From Camelus dromedarius (Eukaryota): a DNA stretch of 64,000 bases. Below are positions 40,630 through 54,140 of this stretch, piece by piece (the first letter of the stretch is position 1; every line of letters starts with the position of its first letter). A program made the position numbers and the translations under genes. The notes beneath the pieces are model-generated. The model ran no database searches and was not told where the DNA came from. It worked only from the letters and a program-made list of their open reading frames with translations. The stretch lies in contig NC_087447.1 of the NCBI RefSeq assembly GCF_036321535.1, positions 32,614,001-32,678,000 of the forward strand. The letters run 5' to 3'.

Positions 40630-40830
40630 CCAATTTTATGCCAGACTCTGTTAATCTCCCTAGTTTTTCCCTCATTTGACTTTTCACATCATATTCATGA
40701 GGCAGTGTTCTCTTTTTGCACAGTTTACATAAGGAAACCAAGGGAGTTATCTGCCCAGAATCACCTTTCTATTAAGTGTCTGAGTCAGAATAAGAATATA
40801 GATTGGTCCAAATGTGAAGTTCATGATTAG
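40630..40830 (-). mobile_element. MIR SINE
   Basis: ttatgccagactctg...cagtttacataaggaaaccaagggagttatctgcccagaatcac. Confidence 0.55.
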
Positions 40831-41569
40831 TCTAAGAATATCAGATTGGTGTTGTGTTTTTGCTGGGGTTTCTCAGAATTTGAAAAAAAACAAGATACCG
40901 GTCACTATCACAGCTCTTGGTCATAAATCTTGGCAGTGTTATTTGACAAATATAAGTCAAACTTTGGACTGTTCCTTCCTTAGCAGTGAATAAATAATGT
41001 CCTTTCTGTAGCCCCCATAATATATGCAGTGATGGAAGCCAAGATGCTCACAGTCTCACTCTCCTGTTATTCTTTTCAGATAATAATTTAACTTTCATTT
41101 TCCAGTCAATCTTCAAAGCATAGGGCTTGGCATTATTATACCAAAAAGATATAAATACCCAGAAGTGGTTTGAAATAACAAATTCCTCCACTGATCATAC
41201 ATTATATATGTGATGACTTAAAAAACCAAGACTTCCTAGCAAAACAAAGCAACACAAACAAAAAGTTTCAAACATAAACATTTCCCAAGAGTGAGTTCTT
41301 GCATAACCTTCAAAGTCTCCTCATTACAGAGGGAACAAAGTTCTCTTCCTGGTTGTTTACCATCTCACCAAAATTCCCTTTCTTAGCTAATTTTCTATTC
41401 ATTTGACTACAGCATTGTTCCTAATATTTTACCCACTCTTTATCATCTTTATGTTGTTTTATTCTCTCTTGCCTAGAATTCCTTTGATGTCACTGACCCT
41501 TCCCCCAATAAACACAAAGCCTACTTATCTTTATAAGAACTAAGGCCACCTGTATTATAGTGCTCAAGA

Positions 41570-42040
41570 ATCAGAATTAAGAACTGAGAACACCTGAGTC
41601 GACGAGACAGCTATTTATTGCGGGAAGATTTTAAACCAATAAATAACTTCACTGTTTGTTTCAGGATATTCCTGCATATCAATTTATCTTAACAGTTTGC
41701 TCATCTGGGCAAATAGTTCTCACAGGACAATGCATTACTCGACTGGGCAAATAGCTTGACTGACAAACACATAGTTTACTTATTAAGACTTGCTTCAAGG
41801 TGCTCACTATTCTGTATCCACCAATCTTAAGCAGTTATATTCTGTTTTTTGTTCAAATCACAATTGGGTACCTACCTTGAAAGACCCGGTTTAAATCACC
41901 AGAGCTTAGATCCTAAACTTTATAAATATCTTTAGTCTTTCCTTGTGAGAGGCAACCAAGACTCTATCAAGGTGCTGTTACTTCCATTGGTTTCATAAAC
42001 TTAGCTTTGCTTATCTGAGGGTATTATGGTGTTTCTTTAA
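41570..42040 (+). mobile_element. ERV1 LTR (MER110/MER90-like)
   Basis: ccttgaaagacccg...tataaatatc...aagactctatcaaggtgctgtt...taaacttagctttgcttatc. Confidence 0.6.
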
Positions 42041-42079
42041 TTAAAGTCTATAATCAAGAATAATATATTATATTATTCA

Positions 42080-42320
42080 TAATTCTTTCAAAGCAAGAAA
42101 TAAAAAACACAACTCAAATTCATTTAAAACCACAAAGGGAATATTTTGGCTCACATAACTGAAGGTCCTAAGAAAGAGTCAGAACTTAATAGAGAGGTTT
42201 CAACATTGTCTCTAGAATTCAGCTCTGCTCTCTCAGGTTTTACCCCTTGGTGGCTTCTTCCTAGGTTAGCATTCTTATTGTAGAATATGTTGTTTGCAGC
42301 TGGTTCCAGATTTACCTTCT
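42080..42320 (-). mobile_element. MLT1 (J/K/L-like) MaLR LTR, first part; continues at 43800-43970
   Basis: gcaagaaataaaaaacacaactcaaattcatttaaa...gggaatattttggctcacataactgaa. Confidence 0.65.
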
Positions 42321-42760
42321 CTCTGAGTCAGGCTTTCCCGGAAACAGACCTTGAGAAAAAGATTCAAGTCCAAATACTTTATCTGAGAGGTGCACAATAT
42401 ATTAGTAGGATAGTTGGGAACAGGATAGGGAAGGTAAAGGAGCCGATAAGGAGTACATGATAAATCAACTGCTGCTTCTGGAAACTACAGCTTAACCTTG
42501 AAGGCAATAATGTAAAACACACATCTCAAAGTAATACACCGCAAGGGCCAGGAAGGGTGGACATTGTACACCAACTGTTACTGGCCATTGTCTACAGGAA
42601 GCATTCCAGACTGATGTAACTGAGGTTAGAACAGACATAAATGGCTTTAGAAAGTTCTTAGGCAGCAACCATATGCAAATACCCATGACTGGAAGTTGGC
42701 AGGCATACAGTGAAATCAGAGGCTCCAGGAATATGGGCAGTGCACCTAAAATAACTCCTA
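42321..42760 (-). mobile_element. ERVL LTR (LTR16/LTR41-like)
   Basis: gagtcaggctttcccggaaacagaccttgagaaaaagattcaagtccaaatactttatctgagaggtg. Confidence 0.6.
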
Positions 42761-42779
42761 CACTCAGAGCCCAAAGCCT

Positions 42780-43801
42780 TAACCCTCAACATGTACAAAA
42801 GGACAATTATTTTTCTTAGGATAAGATTTGCCTTGACCAAATCAATCACTGCAAAAACTAGAGGAATACTGCTGTCAGCTACAAATGACAGAGTAAGGAA
42901 CTCCCAAGAGCCCGTCATTAGAAAAGCCATGAGAACACTGGCAGAAATCATCACAATCAATTGTTTTCAGAACTCTAGTTATTAACTAAGTTTTCAACCA
43001 TCCGGGAGTATTTATTCAAGAAAATCATCTCAATATGGGTAAGAACATGAGATTTATAGTGTTTATATATATATATTTCTGCTATTCCTGTTCTTCTCTT
43101 CTGAGCACAGTGACCTAGAAAGTTAACACCCCACAATCATGCAGAAAAACAACCGTTGGACCCACTGGAAGGAAAAGAGTGAGCTCAAAGCTCCTTCAGG
43201 GCCTGCCCAGAGAACTGTTACTATTTTCCCTGTTACATGTAAACCGAAGGTTACAGTATGACCCAGTGATCCCACTCATAGTATATACCCAATATAATTG
43301 ATACCATATATTCCCATGAAAACACGAATTTTCATAATAGCATCAGTCATAATAGCTAAAAGGCAGCATGTCCCTCAACTAATAAATAAACAAAATGTGG
43401 TATAACTATATAGTGGCAAATTATGTAGCCACAAAAAAGAATGAACTACATACTATGACATGAATGAACCTCAGAAGCATTATGCTAAGTGAAAGAAGAC
43501 ACACATAAGATACTGCATGTATGAATGTATGACTCCTTTTGTAGAAAATGTCCTCGCGGGAAAGTCCATGAAGATGAAAAGTAATTAGCAGTTGCCAAGG
43601 GCTGATGGTGGGTGGTAATGAGGAACAGCTGCTTACAAGTTTCTTTGGGGATGATAAAATTGATCTGGAATTATATATTGGTGATAGTTGCTCATTTCTG
43701 TAAGTATGCTGAAGATCAGTGAACTGTGCACTTGAGTGAATTTTATGGTATGTGTATTAGGTCTCAATTTTGTAAAAGAAATTGTAAAAAAAAAAAAAAA
43801 A
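42780..43801 (+). mobile_element. L1MB-like element: 5' region joined to the 3' end, with poly(A) tail
   Basis: L1 5'-like text at 42780-43240; L1MB 3'UTR (gaacctcagaagcattatgctaagtgaaagaag...ggggatgataaaatt...gtgaattttatggtatgtg) ending in an A-run at 43787-43801. Confidence 0.75.
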
Positions 43802-43970
43802 TTACAGTGCTCTGTTCTGTCAGGTCTGGGTTAAATCCCTTCTCCTGAGGGATAAGGGAAGTCCTAATATGAGTTGACAGTGGAGTGGTTACAAAGGAAA
43901 TTCAGGGTGCTGTTACCAGAAGAAGGGAGAGTGGATCGGGAGCTGGTCAAAACAGGAAATACTTTTGCAC
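43802..43970 (-). mobile_element. MLT1 (J/K/L-like) LTR, second part
   Basis: ggaaattcagggtgctgttaccagaagaagggagagtggat. Confidence 0.6.
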
Positions 43971-46900
43971 TCTCACCATCTCATCAAAGGTTAGTTAGTT
44001 CACAAACTCTTATCAGAGCCTTTTGTCAGGGCTGACAATTCTCTTGGTGCTTTTATTAAAACTACCACTTTCCTGCTACAAAGGCCACAGGCTCTAATGT
44101 TTCTTTTCAGTCTTGCTTGTGTAAGGACCATACTGGTTTCTTATTTCTCCTAGCCATCTATACACCAAATAATTACTTTCTTTCTCTACAACCAACATAG
44201 TAGCAATAATGATGCAGTACTCAAGAGTTCTCATCACTAAGTATCTTCCAAATAGCACATATTTCTCCCCAAATGTTATGCAATCAATTAGTGTAAATTT
44301 GCCCTGAGTTGTGGAAGGAAGTCCAGTAGACCCCCAAGCTGATTTTCTCCTCAATACTCAGCTGAGTCCACCCAGGTTACACTAGTACAGATGGGAAAAG
44401 TAGTCATGCCTCCTGGCATTCTGTATCATTTATCTTTCAATAGTAAGTCCTGCAACTAAGCATGTGACTTAGATGTTAAAATAGAAAGAATTGGCTAGCA
44501 AAAAAAAAAAAAAAACATTTTTTTCAAAGTGTAAGCATAAAATGTCTGGTAAATGCACTGAGTTATTGAATTGTGGGTCCCCCTACATGTTCTCTCCCTC
44601 TCTCTTTCTCAAAAAATCTTTTTGTTCCTAAACTACCTGATTTTCAGAATTAAATTTTGTCCTGTTTTTTTTTCATTATATTGTTCATGCAGATATTAAA
44701 TATTTCAATAACTGGTTTGAAGATCACTTCCAAATAGATACTAACTATTATTTTTTTGTGTGTATTAGCTTGGAAAAATGGCTCATCATAGAGTTATATA
44801 ACCTAGTGTCTCCTTACTAGTACTAAGGATCAAGTAATCAGACGTATGTTCATTAAATTTGTGAATGATTTTACTGACTCCTCTGGTGTGTTCTCAGGTT
44901 TGATTATCCTTGATTGACTGACTCAGTTTAGTAGAGCCAATGGACAATCCAGTGTATCTGAGGATTTTTTCTAAAAGATATTCCCCAGCATACTGGGTTT
45001 TATGGGCTTAGATTTACCTCAATTTACTTTCTGCCAGAAGCTCACAGGATATGGAAAAAAACACCATGATCTAGTTCTGTCAGCCACTCTCTTCCAGAAG
45101 TTTGAGGTTCTTCTAATTCATCAGGGAAGGAATGAAGTTTCAATTCAAGAAACATCTCTCCAGTTTTTTTTTTTCTTTTTTTAATTCCTTCCAAGACTGA
45201 ATCATAACATACATCTATTAAACTCTGCTTCTTAAGTCTTTGTAACACCAGTTTCCTCCTTCATAATTATTTATCCAAAGTTTTAAAGTTAGGAGTTACG
45301 TAAATTCTGAAAGCAAGCAACAAAACTCAAAATTCCATTAACATTTTAGAAAAATGCCTTCATGGAAACTGAGTGAAATGACTTTTGGACAAGAGTAAGG
45401 GTCAAATTTAGTTTTAAAAAAAATCAACTTAAAGGTAAATATATGAAAATAGAATTTATTACTAAAAAGGCATCAGATATTATGCAGGATCATTTTTCAA
45501 ATATAATGCAATATACTGAAATAACCAATTATCTTCAGATTTTCATTCTCTAGGTGTCTGGTACAGTTAAAAAAAGAACATAATTATGACTGGTAAGAAG
45601 AACTTAGAAATTATGTAGCTAAGTAATTAAGACTATCATTTGTTAGGTAGGATTTTCTAAAATTTCTCTCCTTAATTGATATTGTCCTTGTTCGGAGAGT
45701 GAGGTTTTTTATCTCAAAAGAATTTTAAAATTCCCTATTGTCTCTAAATGTGATCATCTGCTCTCATGCTTAAAAGACAAAAGTGACAAAGTAAATCTAC
45801 ATATCCTAAATGGCTATTAAGTGAAATTTTTCTTTCCTTTTTAGCAAATATGGCTTAAGCTGTAATAATTTAGCGAAAGAATTGGGCAAATTTGCTTCTG
45901 GAAGCCAATTTTCATTGTGCTGTTGAAAATCTGAGATAGTGAGATTTTATCTTTTGAGGAGATACTGGGAAATCATGCTATGCATGGAAAAAAATGATGG
46001 CGAGGGTACTTGTGTCAGAACACAAATAAAACTTGTGTTTGGATAATCTATTTTCTGCTTGGTTTGTACTCACTTACAGTGTCTTGGAAGCACAAAAGTT
46101 GCTTAGTCCCAATCACAAACAGCCGAAGATTGATTATGGAAGCAGGACTTGGCATAGAGCAAAAAATTGATGAATGGTGGTGAAGGATGCTGATACTAAA
46201 TCATTGACATAATGTTTCCGAGCGTGGATGCTTGTTTATTTTTTTAATCTGAGACAATAAATTGGAAAGTGAAATTTTGAGGGCATTAGGGAAGAGGATG
46301 AGACTTCGTTCATATTTCTCTGTTGGCTCTTTATTCTACAATGGCACTACTCACAAGCTGAATGGTAATCAGATATGATTTGATTTATGCTTTAAAACCA
46401 AATCAAATACATTGTAGGAAAAGTGCTACCTGATAACCTGCCTGATTTTTAAACTAAACAACATGACATGTGAATGCTATTTCACTTAAAAAGAAAAAAA
46501 AATGGCTATTAGAAACTCAGTGTTTGCATAGTTTGAGAGTAAATATATTCTACTCTAAAAATTACAATCAGACCAAGATGCTGTAAATACACACAAATTA
46601 CCACAATCTTATCATGAAATCTATGTGGATTTGAATTTACAGACCCTACAGAATGTAGAAGGATTAAGCTCATCAAATTTAGAGGAGCCAAGTGTAAACA
46701 TTTTGTGTACTTTACCTTCTAATATAAGCTCTTTTTTTTTTTTTTCCAGTCAATTTGACCGTTCATGATGTCTTGCTCTTTAAATCCTGCCTCCTTGCCC
46801 AGGAATCCTGCCTCCTGTGAGTATCCCTCTATTTCCACTTATCCAGATGCTACTCTTCAAAATACAGCGACAGAGCTGTCTCTCTCATAAAACCTTTCCT

Positions 46901-47254
46901 GACCTCATATTCATTTATCCTTTTTTATGAAATTTCTACAGCCTTCATTCTCTGTACTACTCATCAAACACATGTATTTTTACTGTATGCAGTCAAATTC
47001 TCTCAGTATAGCTTTGACTGCCCAAAACTCAGCCCAGTGATTATAATTGGTATTGAAATCCATTGAAAGATGAAAATGTCTTTTTGAAAGGAATTGGAAG
47101 TTTTAGATCATTGGAATTGCTGTGTCAAATTTTAGATGCTGTCTGTTTCCCAGACTCCAAGAGAACAAAGACTGGCCTGTTTGAAGAAATTGTATGATGT
47201 AAAATTTTTGCAATAACTTCCCCTTTCTCATAAAATATGTCCAGACCCCTCAGC

Positions 47255-48170
47255 ATGTGGCGTGATGTTCAGGGACCAGACACAAGTCCATTGTTGCTGG
47301 AGATGAGTGAAGGAGGGGAAAAGTGGCAGATGATAAGGCCAGAGGTCAGCACAGCTGTGTGGGACTCTCATATAGGCTTTAAGCCAATGAAGTGATTTTG
47401 AGAGAAAAAGTGGAAAAATCTGATTTATGTTTGGAATCCTCTATGATTTTATTTGGCTAGGTCAACTTGAAGGATTCATTGCTACTTACAAAATCAGGGA
47501 AGACAGTAGAGAAACAAGAAATAGGGACTCATGAGTTCATCTTAAGGTTTGAAAGCTATATTAACTATCTAATTGGAGATATAATGTAGGCCATGTGTGT
47601 GTGGAGTTTAGCGAAGAGGTTCAGGCTAGAGATGTGAATTTGGATGGTATTTGAATTAATGAGCCTAAATAAGATTCTATAGAGGACAAACTAGTGGTTA
47701 CCAGTAGGGAATCAAATAGTTATGTTGTACACCTTAAACTAAAACAATGTAGATGAAGCACTGAACTTATCTGGGGTTAGATTTTGCCAAGCAACTACAT
47801 CAGAGGCAAGAGGAGCAAGTGGTTAGGTTGGGCAGTGGAATTCAAGCTGGATGAAGAGGGAAGTGGGAACATAAGGGTCCTAAGAGAGCGACAAGATGGA
47901 TTTTTAACGGCTTGCATTTACACGGGTTTGAAAAATTGTTGTGAGTCTGGAGTAGAGGCTGTGGGCAAGAAAGATAGGAGGTGGTGGTTGCAGACTGTGA
48001 TCCTTGGAATTGCCATAATGAAAGCAGTGTTAGTGATCCCAGTTAAGGGAATGGATTGCTGGAGAGAGTTGGAGGATGAGATCATTGGAAGAGAGTAGGC
48101 TATTGAATCTGTCAAAAGCCAGGATACTTACCTATATGCAAAAATCTTCAAGGAAGGAGCAAACAGAAAG
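47255..48170 (-). mobile_element. L2 fragments
   Basis: Purine-rich antisense L2 text (ggagtttagcgaagaggttcaggctagagatgtgaatttgg...). Confidence 0.6.
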
Positions 48171-48299
48171 AGAGGAGGCTATGAGGGTTTACATGTGAAG
48201 CTCCTGAAGGAATGTTGCATCCAGTCACCAGAGGCTCAGGGCTGTCTTGTTGGGGATTTCAGAGCCCCACCAACAGGGAGAACCATGAAGGCCTACGTG

Positions 48300-48530
48300 C
48301 GGTGAGGCGAATGAGTTATTAGCCTCCCCCCAACCACTGTTATGTAACCTTGAGGAAATCTCCCGATCTCTCTAATCCTCGGTTTTCTTACTATGAATTG
48401 GGTAAACGTGTACCGAACTGTAGGGTGGTTATCAAAAGAAAGTGACACAGCTCATACAAAGAACTTACTATAATGGTTGACAGCAAGCACTCAGAATACA
48501 GTAGCCATTATCATTGTGATTATCTCCTCA
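48300..48530 (+). mobile_element. MIR SINE
   Basis: tatgtaaccttgaggaaatc...ctctctaatcctcggttttcttactatgaattggg. Confidence 0.65.
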
Positions 48531-49289
48531 GCAAAACACGTGCTCTTTGAGGAGAGGCATCCTATTTCAATCACCTTGATATCCCCCATTGCAACTGGCA
48601 TAGTGCTAGGTATTGCACAGGTATGTTAGACAGGATTTGTAGGGCCCACTCGTCTTCTACTTCAATTAGCATTTTTAAGAAAATGGCAGTAATTGAGACA
48701 CTTTCAGATTTACCTTAACTCCTAGGACACTCATCAGTACACAGCAGCAGGCCAGGGAATGCTTGGTTAGTTGCCTCAAAACACTAATCTCAGCCTATGC
48801 TTTAGCGTCTCCGTAAAATGAGGATAATGATACAGTACATGTTTGCAAATGTTTTTGAGTCTGTTAGATGAATGCAGCCCTAGAATTAAACTGTCACTGA
48901 ATTTAAACTAGAGATTGTTTAATTCAAGATGCCTCATAAACTGGTTTTTTGTTTTTATGATTTTTATTTAGGCCCAAAGCAAACCTATAGTTTTAACCTG
49001 GAATTGATATTTCAGCCAAGGAATTTTATATTTAAGTTTAGAATTGTGTCTTCTACCATAATGTATTTAATATGTTGATGATTCACCCTAATAGGTAATT
49101 TAGCAGTGCAAATATGACTTGAAAATGGAAAAAAAACCCACTTTTCTTTCAACTGAATCAAATTTTTTTGCAGTCCCTAATTTTCTTTTTGAAATATGAA
49201 GATTAATTTTGGCCAATGTCTCAGACTTCCGCTGCTAAGATCTGACCTCCCTAAGTGATGAAAGATGGGCCAGTACCAAGAAGAAAGGA

Positions 49290-49580
49290 AGTTAATAGTA
49301 ATAATTGTCATAGCAGCATATAACTATCAAGTGCTCACTGTGTGCTATTTAAATAATTCTCTTTGATGGATTTAACTCTCACAGAAATCTTGATAACGAG
49401 AGGTGTCATTACTGGTTCTATGACACCAGTAATCAGAACACTGAAGTAGAGGTTGCATTACCTGTGCAGAGCCACATGGCTAGTAAGTGGGTAGCCCAGA
49501 TTCACCCCCAAGTAGTGGGATTAGCATGGCCACATATTCAAGATCTGTGCTTTGACACCACCCACTACTGCTGCTTTGAT
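49290..49580 (-). mobile_element. MIR SINE
   Basis: atcaagtgctcactgtgtgc...actgaagtagaggttgcattacctgtgcagagccacatggctagtaagtgg. Confidence 0.7.
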
Positions 49581-50412
49581 ATAAGAATGGCCTTTACCTT
49601 GTTCCTAGGTGGCAGTGGACTTACTGTCTCTTGGCACTTAGCATCTCTTGTGTCTTTGTTTTTAAAAGGCCTTGGGCGTATGTATTACAATACATATAAT
49701 AGAGTTTATTTTTATGACTGTTTTATTTATTTCTGAGGAGACTTTTCTACATGTGCTGGAAAAGCATAAAGCTGTCTCCTATCTAACTAAATAAGAAATA
49801 AGTTAATAAGAGATTATAGTTCTGAAAGTGGCTTTTACCCTTTAAAGGGATGGTTAATTTTTCCTTTATAGTAGAGTTATTGGATGGTTAAAGCTGAAAG
49901 CTTGCTGGGGTCATTCCTTAAATGCTGTTGTAATGGAATTTCACTGAATATAAGCAGCATTTCGTCTTATGGAGATATGTTATGATATCTGTTATTATTA
50001 TACAAGTAATCTGAGAGGAGAAATCTACACACCCAAAATAAACGATTGTTTCAAAGTGACCCAAAGCTTGAGATAACCTCATTCCAGGCTTAAATACATC
50101 CATATTTTATTAATTTATCTGCATACCAAAAATTTTTAAGGGAAAATGAAAATATCTATTATAGGGCCTGAAAAAAATATGGTTTATGAATGCAGTGGAA
50201 TGAACACTGAACAAGAACATCCTGTCAAGTTTGTGCATTGCCTTTAAGTAGCTGATGTTCTTGGGAAAAATCTGTATCATCTTTTATAAAATAAAAAGGC
50301 TGAGCTAGTTGTTCTACTGTCCTTTCCAACACCTATTCTAATATTTACTTTTCACAGATGCTGAGTGTACAATACATACATCTGTTGCTCTCTCTCCCCT
50401 TTCTTTTCCTTG

Positions 50413-50437
50413 GTGTGTGTGTGTGTGTGTGTGTGTG
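50413..50437. repeat. (GT)n microsatellite
   Basis: Direct reading. Confidence 0.95.
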
Positions 50438-53400
50438 AATCTCATATGCCTGTGGACCTTTCAAGATTAAATGAGAATTTCAGTTTCTAGATGGTTCCCT
50501 CTAATGGCTTTTGAGGAACATACATCTGGAAATTAGGACTTAGTATTGGGGAGGAAGTGAACCATATGATAGCCTAACCACCATGTGGAGACAGTCATTT
50601 GCCATAACCACTCAATACAGCATCCATGAGCTATTGGATTAAATATTAAATGATTGGCCTATGTCTAAATATGGACCTTTTTTAAGGAATAGAATTATGA
50701 TCTTTTAAAAATAATCCCTGCTCTTGAAGCATTTATTATGATGTCATAAATACCCATAACCCATTAGCAAACATGTTTAAATAAAAAAATTTTTAGGCTT
50801 CAAAAGATATTGTCAAAGTTTATGCTCTTGAACATTACTCTTCCAGGTTCTTTTTTTATAACTTCCTCTCATTATCAATCCAGGTTGGCGTAACAGGAGA
50901 ACCACAGCTAACTGCTTAAGGCTTACAACTCTTCAGGCAAATTTTTTCCCAAGGTGTTTTCCAAAATAACCCAACTTACCCACCCACAATTTATTCCTAG
51001 TGAAGTGTCAGTCAAACTAAAATAGATATGGGGCTGATTTCTGAGTACTATGCCTGGCTGAACAACGTAAGTGGACAGGTATTGATTACCTGTCTAAGCT
51101 GATTGACACTAATTTTAATAAGCTGGGACCTTTATCCCTTCCTTCACTCAGTTGTTCACCAGTTCAAGACTTCATTCCTCCATTAGAACTAATAGAATGA
51201 TTTGCTGACTTTTTCCAGAGGCTTCATGGTCAGAAAAACAAATTATTATGAAAGCCCAGAAGCTGAATTGTGATTTTATAAAGAAGCTTTTGGTCTTTTA
51301 ATGTTTGATTTGCTGTTTGACTGCTTTTCAGATAATTAAAATGCTCTACTTCCAAGCCCCTAACGTGAACTAAAGGACCTCTGAGTATTTCACCTTAAGT
51401 AATGTGGATCATTGTTAATTATGAGATTGTATTTACTGATGCTGCGTAACAATAGCTGGCCATGAGCAAATTAGCTCAAAACAAGTCTAGAAGCAATACT
51501 GGAAGAATGCAGTTTGCACTCATGACACTGCCTTGATAAGAAAAAACATACATAACAAATGCATGTATTTTAAAGCCATACCATTTTCTTCTACACAATA
51601 ATTTTTGAAAATGTCTTTGACAGCTAAAAATAGGATGATAAATGGGAAATCCAAATACAGATAGTAGTTAAATCAGCCAGTTTAATGAATCTCCCTCTTC
51701 CCACTACTACCTCTTCTCTTTATATTAATCACAAGATCATGGACCAAAAAAAAAAAAAAAAAATGGAATGAGGGCTCCTATTGCACATGGTAGCATCAAA
51801 AATTAATATTAGTTAGCTTGATCTTGAGGGGATAAATCTCTATAATAAAGGAATAAATAATTAGAAAAATGCTGAGTTAGTTTCACCTTTCTCCCTTCTG
51901 GGAATCTAGCATTTAAATGAGATATTTACATTCCAAACTGTTCTCCTACAAAAGCAACTAATTTGATTGTATTTCTTGCTTACTTCTGAAAGGAGGCCAT
52001 GATAGCTAATGTATCTCCCTGTATATGATAAGTAATGAAGATGTCTATTTTCATTTCATCCTTGCAAAGAAACGTGTCTTGCCAAGTGCTCACACCTGCA
52101 AAAATGTTTTCTGACTCTTCATTTTCTCCTCTAATTACTCCTTGATGGTGGGGTAAATTCTCCAGGCTGTAGTGGAAAGGGAATCATTGTCTTTTTGTAA
52201 TCTCCCTGGGGAATTCATTCCACTTGTTTACTGATGTGTATGGCTGACTGAATAAAGTGATCCCTAATTAGAATATATGAAATAATCATTGGTCTATCTG
52301 GAGTCATAATTAATGCATTAGGAAAATTTACTGTCAAGAAGATAGGTATTAGCATAAATGAGCTTATTTTATCTGCCTTGAAACACAGAGGATACCTTTT
52401 AGATACAGTGTTTGCTAAAACAGAACAATAATAATATGGCAATTTACTAAAATCATTAGTGTGCATCATTGGAAATATAGATTATTGCATCTGAACTCCC
52501 TTCTAAATAATGTGCCACAGTAAAAATGAGCTGGTTTGACACCTTAGTAAATGTGACTGAAAGCTTAAAGAAAGGAAAAATTCACTTGTTTTTCTGTAGA
52601 ACTCCTTTAATAATTGATGTGATCTTTATTTAGCATTTTCCTGGGCTTGGAGAGAAAAAGAACCCTACTAAGAGAATTTTATCTTTGCTTGGAAAAGTAA
52701 ACAAAATCTTTCCAATGCTTTAGGCATATATTTCTGAGTAGGAGATGGTAAAAGTTTGAAGCTAAGGACACAGAAAGATCAAAGGCTCCAAGGAAAAAGC
52801 TGGCTGGCTCACAAGATGTCCTTGGCTTGGAGAATTCACCACAGTGCACAGTCTAGCCTTCACCCTTGCCAACTCAGAGACACTATTTTGTTAACATCTT
52901 GAAAACCTATCTGTCTTTTTGGATTGAATTCTCACAAATCAAGATGTAAAAAGCAAAGGCTATCTTATTGATTTACAGTGAGAAATATGACTGTCATAAA
53001 GCTGAGCATATTTGCATCAGGTTGACCAGTGCAATCTCACACTAAACAGATCTACATGGGAAGCCACATTACAACCTGTGTCTGTCTGCTGAGCAAGGAA
53101 GAGGGCCAGGTCAGCGGATGAGCTGCACTGCTCTGTGTTTAACAGCACCAGGTATAACCTCTGATGTCTTCATGAAACCATCTCCACAGTAGAGATCAGT
53201 TTGCCACAGGGGCTGGGATCTTGAGGCTTTGTATCAGAACACCCTTCACAGTGAATGGTAGAGGACAGGTGCTGCCAAGGTTTACCTCTTCCGCTCTTCC
53301 TTTCTGCACTCCTGGCAGATGAGCTGCTTCCTGATGGACACTTTCCTCTCTATAGAGAAGTTAATCCCTTGGGTCAAGTCCTTTGAGGCTTTCCATCTTT

Positions 53401-53924
53401 TAAGATGTTTTTGCTTATCTTGGATCTCTGGCATTATACGTTAATTCTACATTTTAACTCTCAGAGGTCGTAATTTTTCACAGTTCCTTGTAGGAAAATC
53501 TTACTATTGACCTATGTTAACTATCCTCGTGTGAAAATCTAAAAAGGAAAAAAAAAAAAAGAAATGAAAATTCTTATGGAAGTCTCAGCTATGTAATTGT
53601 TTGAGCTGAAAAGTCTAAGATCCCTTTACCGGGAGGCCGTAGTCACACAGGTACAGGCATGCTCTGTTGAGGGATGTGACATTGACCTTCAAAGTGCCCC
53701 CTACTCAGCCATTTCTGCTCTTCTCCATGGCTCTTTAGTTTCTCTCCTTTATCCCCTTTCTCCACCCTCCCTTATCTCCACCCTAGCCCTTTTACATATA
53801 CCAAATATGCCACATCACAAACCTCAGGAGAAAGGGCTGATTCGCTGAAACCCTGAGCCTTTAGCTTATCTAATTCTGCTATGTTTCACCTACTTGGCAT
53901 CCTTGGTCTCCTGAAGTTACAATG

Positions 53925-54140
53925 TACATGTATTCATAATTTAATTAGGCCCATATGTGTCTAAGGCACTGTATAGAAAATTTGTACTATTATCTCATTG
54001 AGTTCTTCCCATTTGAGAGATAAGGAAACAGACTTAGAGAGGTTAGCAATTTTCCAAGGGACACACAACTAGTGACTCAGTGGAACTAGGATCTGAACCA
54101 AGATGGATTAACTCGAGCGCCTATGCATGGAACCACAGTC
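53925..54140 (-). mobile_element. MIR SINE
   Basis: gagataaggaaacagacttagagaggttagcaattttccaagggacacacaactagt...ggaactaggatctgaacc. Confidence 0.8.

Noticed and set aside
46730..46822. Plus-strand pseudo-exon (T14-ccag acceptor, CCT|gtgagt donor); similar short candidates near 16888, 39343 and 45554
   Set aside because: No recognisable peptide and no consistent exon chain; such signals occur by chance at this density.
47784..48098. 104-aa ORF
   Set aside because: Lies in antisense L2 remnant sequence; no similarity to any protein I recognise.
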